A DNA stretch of 64,000 nt from Ostreococcus lucimarinus. Its lineage: Eukaryota. Positions 61,676 through 64,000 of this stretch are shown one piece after another. The stretch lies in assembly GCA_000092065.1 (NCBI GenBank), contig CP000582.1. One strand, given 5' to 3'. Within the stretch, counting starts at the first letter, position 1. Each line of letters opens with the position of its first letter. The notes below the pieces were generated by a model. The model made no database searches. It was not told the origin of the DNA and was given only the letters and a program-made list of their open reading frames with translations. The translations under genes and the position numbers were made by a program.

Positions 61676-64000
61676 TTATTTAGGTGTCATTTTCGACAAC
61701 AAATTGATCGCATCTGATAGCGCAGATTCATCAATTTTTTCTTCTATTCGCAGATCCAAGTACTTGTGTTCGATACCGAAGCATAAAGACAGCTCGTTGG
61801 AAATCCCTTCAAGCTCACTGATGACACAAATAGGAATATCAGACATGAAGTCAGGATTGACACGGAATAATGGATCACGCGATGAGTAGAGGAGCTGAGT
61901 GCAGCATAGAATACTCAATGTCTCGTTCGGGCATTCATTGACACTATTTGGATTGCTCTCTATAAATACTCTGCGCAAACTTGCGTTGACAGATGCGGAT
62001 TCGTTCTTGACTTCAGGATAAGAGGATGCAAGCAATGCCGCATAACTGAGAATTTTTCCTACATCCGAATTATTCTGTTGCGAGACGAGGACTTCATACT
62101 CTTTTGTGAATAAAGTAACCAAGCCAAGTATTTTTGGGTTCGACTGTATTGCATCACTGGCTTGCTCGCGCCAAGATGGGTCTGCGCATACATGTTGCTT
62201 TGTTTCACACAGTCTCACGAATTCTCGAGCGATATACACTCCTAAACCACGCGTGACTAGTATCACTTCATCGCCGTTGTTAATGTCTAAATAAGCGCGT
62301 ATGCGTTGCACATACATTGCGGCAAGCTCTGAGACGCTTGCTGCGGTGGAGGATTGCCAGTCCGTAGTAACGACGAAAGCTGCTGATTTTATCGACGAAG
62401 CTAGGCTGGAATAAAAACTAGTTCCACAGTCTACGTCATTGAGAAAGACGACTATGGGAGTTGTTGTATTACCATTCAATCGCGTAATAAAGCTTCGACT
62501 CACAGGTGAATTTCTATGCTTCCATTGCGGGAGTCGGTATCTCAAAGTAGCTGCAATGCGCTGAGATTGCTCAGATAGGTTACCTGGAGAAGCTGCATCT
62601 TTCCAGGCATTGGCCAGAGTCGGATTTATGAAACAATGCGACAGAATATTAGGGTCTGCGGCACCTTTTCCTCCCGGTTCGATGGGCTCAAACATTTTCG
62701 CATTATTATAAGAATAAGGATTTGTCATGTTCGTGCAAGAGGGCAATTTTAGAAAGTCGCATATTTTGTCGATATGCGACGTAGGATCAGAAACTAGGTC
62801 TTCGTAACAAATTTCCAATTGTCGAGTACTTTCTACATTGCGCAGAAAATCAATGATGTTGGAATTTCCTCGTGCCCATAATTTATCCATATGGCTCCAG
62901 ATCTGCTCGATGGTGGATGCAGATAGAAGCTCCAAACGTTTGCGGCCATTTAATTGTAGCAACTTCTCATTTTCAAGGATATCATGCCTTGATTTGAAAG
63001 TTTCTTTTGACATGGAGTGGATCGTTGCGTACGGATGCCTGTGTATGAATATATAGTACACATCTTCAAATATTGATTCGGCTCGTTCCAAAGTGTCCAA
63101 AGACCACGAATAAGGTGGCGACTTGTCCACTAGAATCCGATCGCCACACCAATTTTGAAGGACTTCATAGACATTCTTTGTTGACATGGAATGCATGTCG
63201 TGCATTATTTTATCAGCTTCATCGGCGAAACAGCCGCGAAGTTCTACAATAGCTTTACGCAAACCTTCAAACGCCCACGAGTGTCCACGAGATATTGACT
63301 CAAACCTTTGGTACATCGTCTCAAAATTTAGCAAGTAAAGTTCTTGAGGTGCAAAAATTGATGGATGAGAGTTTAGTATCATCTGCAAAAGAGTTGAACC
63401 AGACCTCGGCGACGACAACACGAATAGTATCTTTCCCTTCACCTTTGGCTCGTGGAGCCGTAATCGGGGCATCCATGAATTCGAATCTGTTAGTGGCGTA
63501 TACTTTTTAACTTGCGACTCTATCCACAAACAAATGCGCTCACCGGCACTTAATCCTACTGAGAATGTTTCGCGTGTGACCACTTTGATTGCGGCGTCAA
63601 CACTCGCTGCGATCCCTTTGATAGTATTCTCTCTGAATTCGCCAGACCCACAGTGGCTGAATCCAATATCTCGCAGTACATTGTGCAAAGGCTCTGACAT
63701 TGACAGTGGATGTCGGCGTCGACATGGCTCGTTTCTGCTAAGTGAGCTGTGTAACTCGTTCCAAATACATTTTTGTAGTTGGAAGGTCAACCGATTTGCG
63801 TCAACATGAGTATTCTGGTTAGCGGCGTTGCATCTGGTAAGTAGAACGTTTTGTCTGTGGCGAGGTTCTTGAAAAGCCCGGCAATCGCGGCGCACATTTG
63901 TGAGCACGTGTGCCATACTACCGCCATAACCAAAAGAGCTCGTGCCGATTATACCTCCGCTAGTGGGCCCTTTTAGCATAGGAAAGTGTGATCGCTTGTC
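61676..64000 (-). CDS. 3' end of a type I polyketide-synthase-like gene: KS C-terminus, a CurM/OLS-type sulfotransferase (ST) and a thioesterase-like alpha/beta hydrolase; truncated at the window edge
   Basis: The reading frame is open to nt 64000. GIIGTSSFGYGGSMAHVL resembles the KS C-terminal motif (SSFGFGGTNAHV). KILFVLSSPRSGSTLLQMILNSHPSIFAPQELYLLNFETM matches the PAPS-binding start of CurM-type activating sulfotransferases. The C-terminal ~250 aa (PIVVFLNDVDCGT..EVILVTRGLGVYIAREF..) is collinear with offloading thioesterases. Confidence 0.65.
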   Translation of the reverse strand, partial: DKRSHFPMLKGPTSGGIIGTSSFGYGGSMAHVLTNVRRDCRAFQEPRHRQNVLLTRCNAANQNTHVDANRLTFQLQKCIWNELHSSLSRNEPCRRRHPLSMSEPLHNVLRDIGFSHCGSGEFRENTIKGIAASVDAAIKVVTRETFSVGLSAGERICLWIESQVKKYTPLTDSNSWMPRLRLHEPKVKGKILFVLSSPRSGSTLLQMILNSHPSIFAPQELYLLNFETMYQRFESISRGHSWAFEGLRKAIVELRGCFADEADKIMHDMHSMSTKNVYEVLQNWCGDRILVDKSPPYSWSLDTLERAESIFEDVYYIFIHRHPYATIHSMSKETFKSRHDILENEKLLQLNGRKRLELLSASTIEQIWSHMDKLWARGNSNIIDFLRNVESTRQLEICYEDLVSDPTSHIDKICDFLKLPSCTNMTNPYSYNNAKMFEPIEPGGKGAADPNILSHCFINPTLANAWKDAASPGNLSEQSQRIAATLRYRLPQWKHRNSPVSRSFITRLNGNTTTPIVVFLNDVDCGTSFYSSLASSIKSAAFVVTTDWQSSTAASVSELAAMYVQRIRAYLDINNGDEVILVTRGLGVYIAREFVRLCETKQHVCADPSWREQASDAIQSNPKILGLVTLFTKEYEVLVSQQNNSDVGKILSYAALLASSYPEVKNESASVNASLRRVFIESNPNSVNECPNETLSILCCTQLLYSSRDPLFRVNPDFMSDIPICVISELEGISNELSLCFGIEHKYLDLRIEEKIDESALSDAINLLSKMTPK

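Noticed and set aside
1-64000. Prokaryotic operon interpretation, CRISPR arrays, tRNA and rRNA genes
   Set aside because: The gene content is eukaryotic (Mediator, Cdc37, USP7, CDC25, LTV1, RPS14) and spliceosomal introns restore frames. I saw no CRISPR-like repeat-spacer periodicity, and no cloverleaf tRNA-like segments or rRNA-like stretches in the intergenic regions I inspected.

Overview
The window is eukaryotic nuclear DNA, very GC-rich overall (about 65%) and gene-dense, with roughly 40 protein-coding genes on both strands, short intergenic spacers and only a few short spliceosomal introns. Gene content and composition point to a prasinophyte green alga, most likely a Mamiellales or Micromonas-like genome: a canonical CDC25 phosphatase, a Toc75-family envelope barrel, nuclear-encoded organellar bS20, a PsbP-domain lumenal protein with a Tat signal, a CemA/PxcA-like envelope protein, PIG-V, MED7, Cdc37, USP7, PNPase, MIPS and OGDH E2. 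I found no rRNA, tRNA or CRISPR features. The ORF track accepts TTG/GTG/CTG starts and reports many long ORFs that are GC-rich, Arg/Ala/Pro-rich and antisense to conserved genes; I discarded these, and I recomputed gene starts from the first plausible ATG in the ORF frame, so coordinates can be off by a few bp. The most interesting features are: (1) the last ~7 kb is a compositionally distinct low-GC block (about 45-50% GC) with an AT-rich bidirectional promoter and a 52-nt yeast-like intron, ending in a truncated polyketide-synthase terminal module (KS C-terminus, then a CurM/OLS-type sulfotransferase, then a TE-like alpha/beta hydrolase); (2) a low-GC hAT-family transposase gene with flanking tandem 10-mers; (3) two cases where a single in-frame stop separates obviously continuous coding sequence (alpha-amylase catalytic domain from its C-terminal beta-sandwich domain, and an unknown gene), removable only by unusually short in-frame GT..AG segments of 24 and 63 nt; (4) several short in-frame tandem duplications and coding microsatellites.
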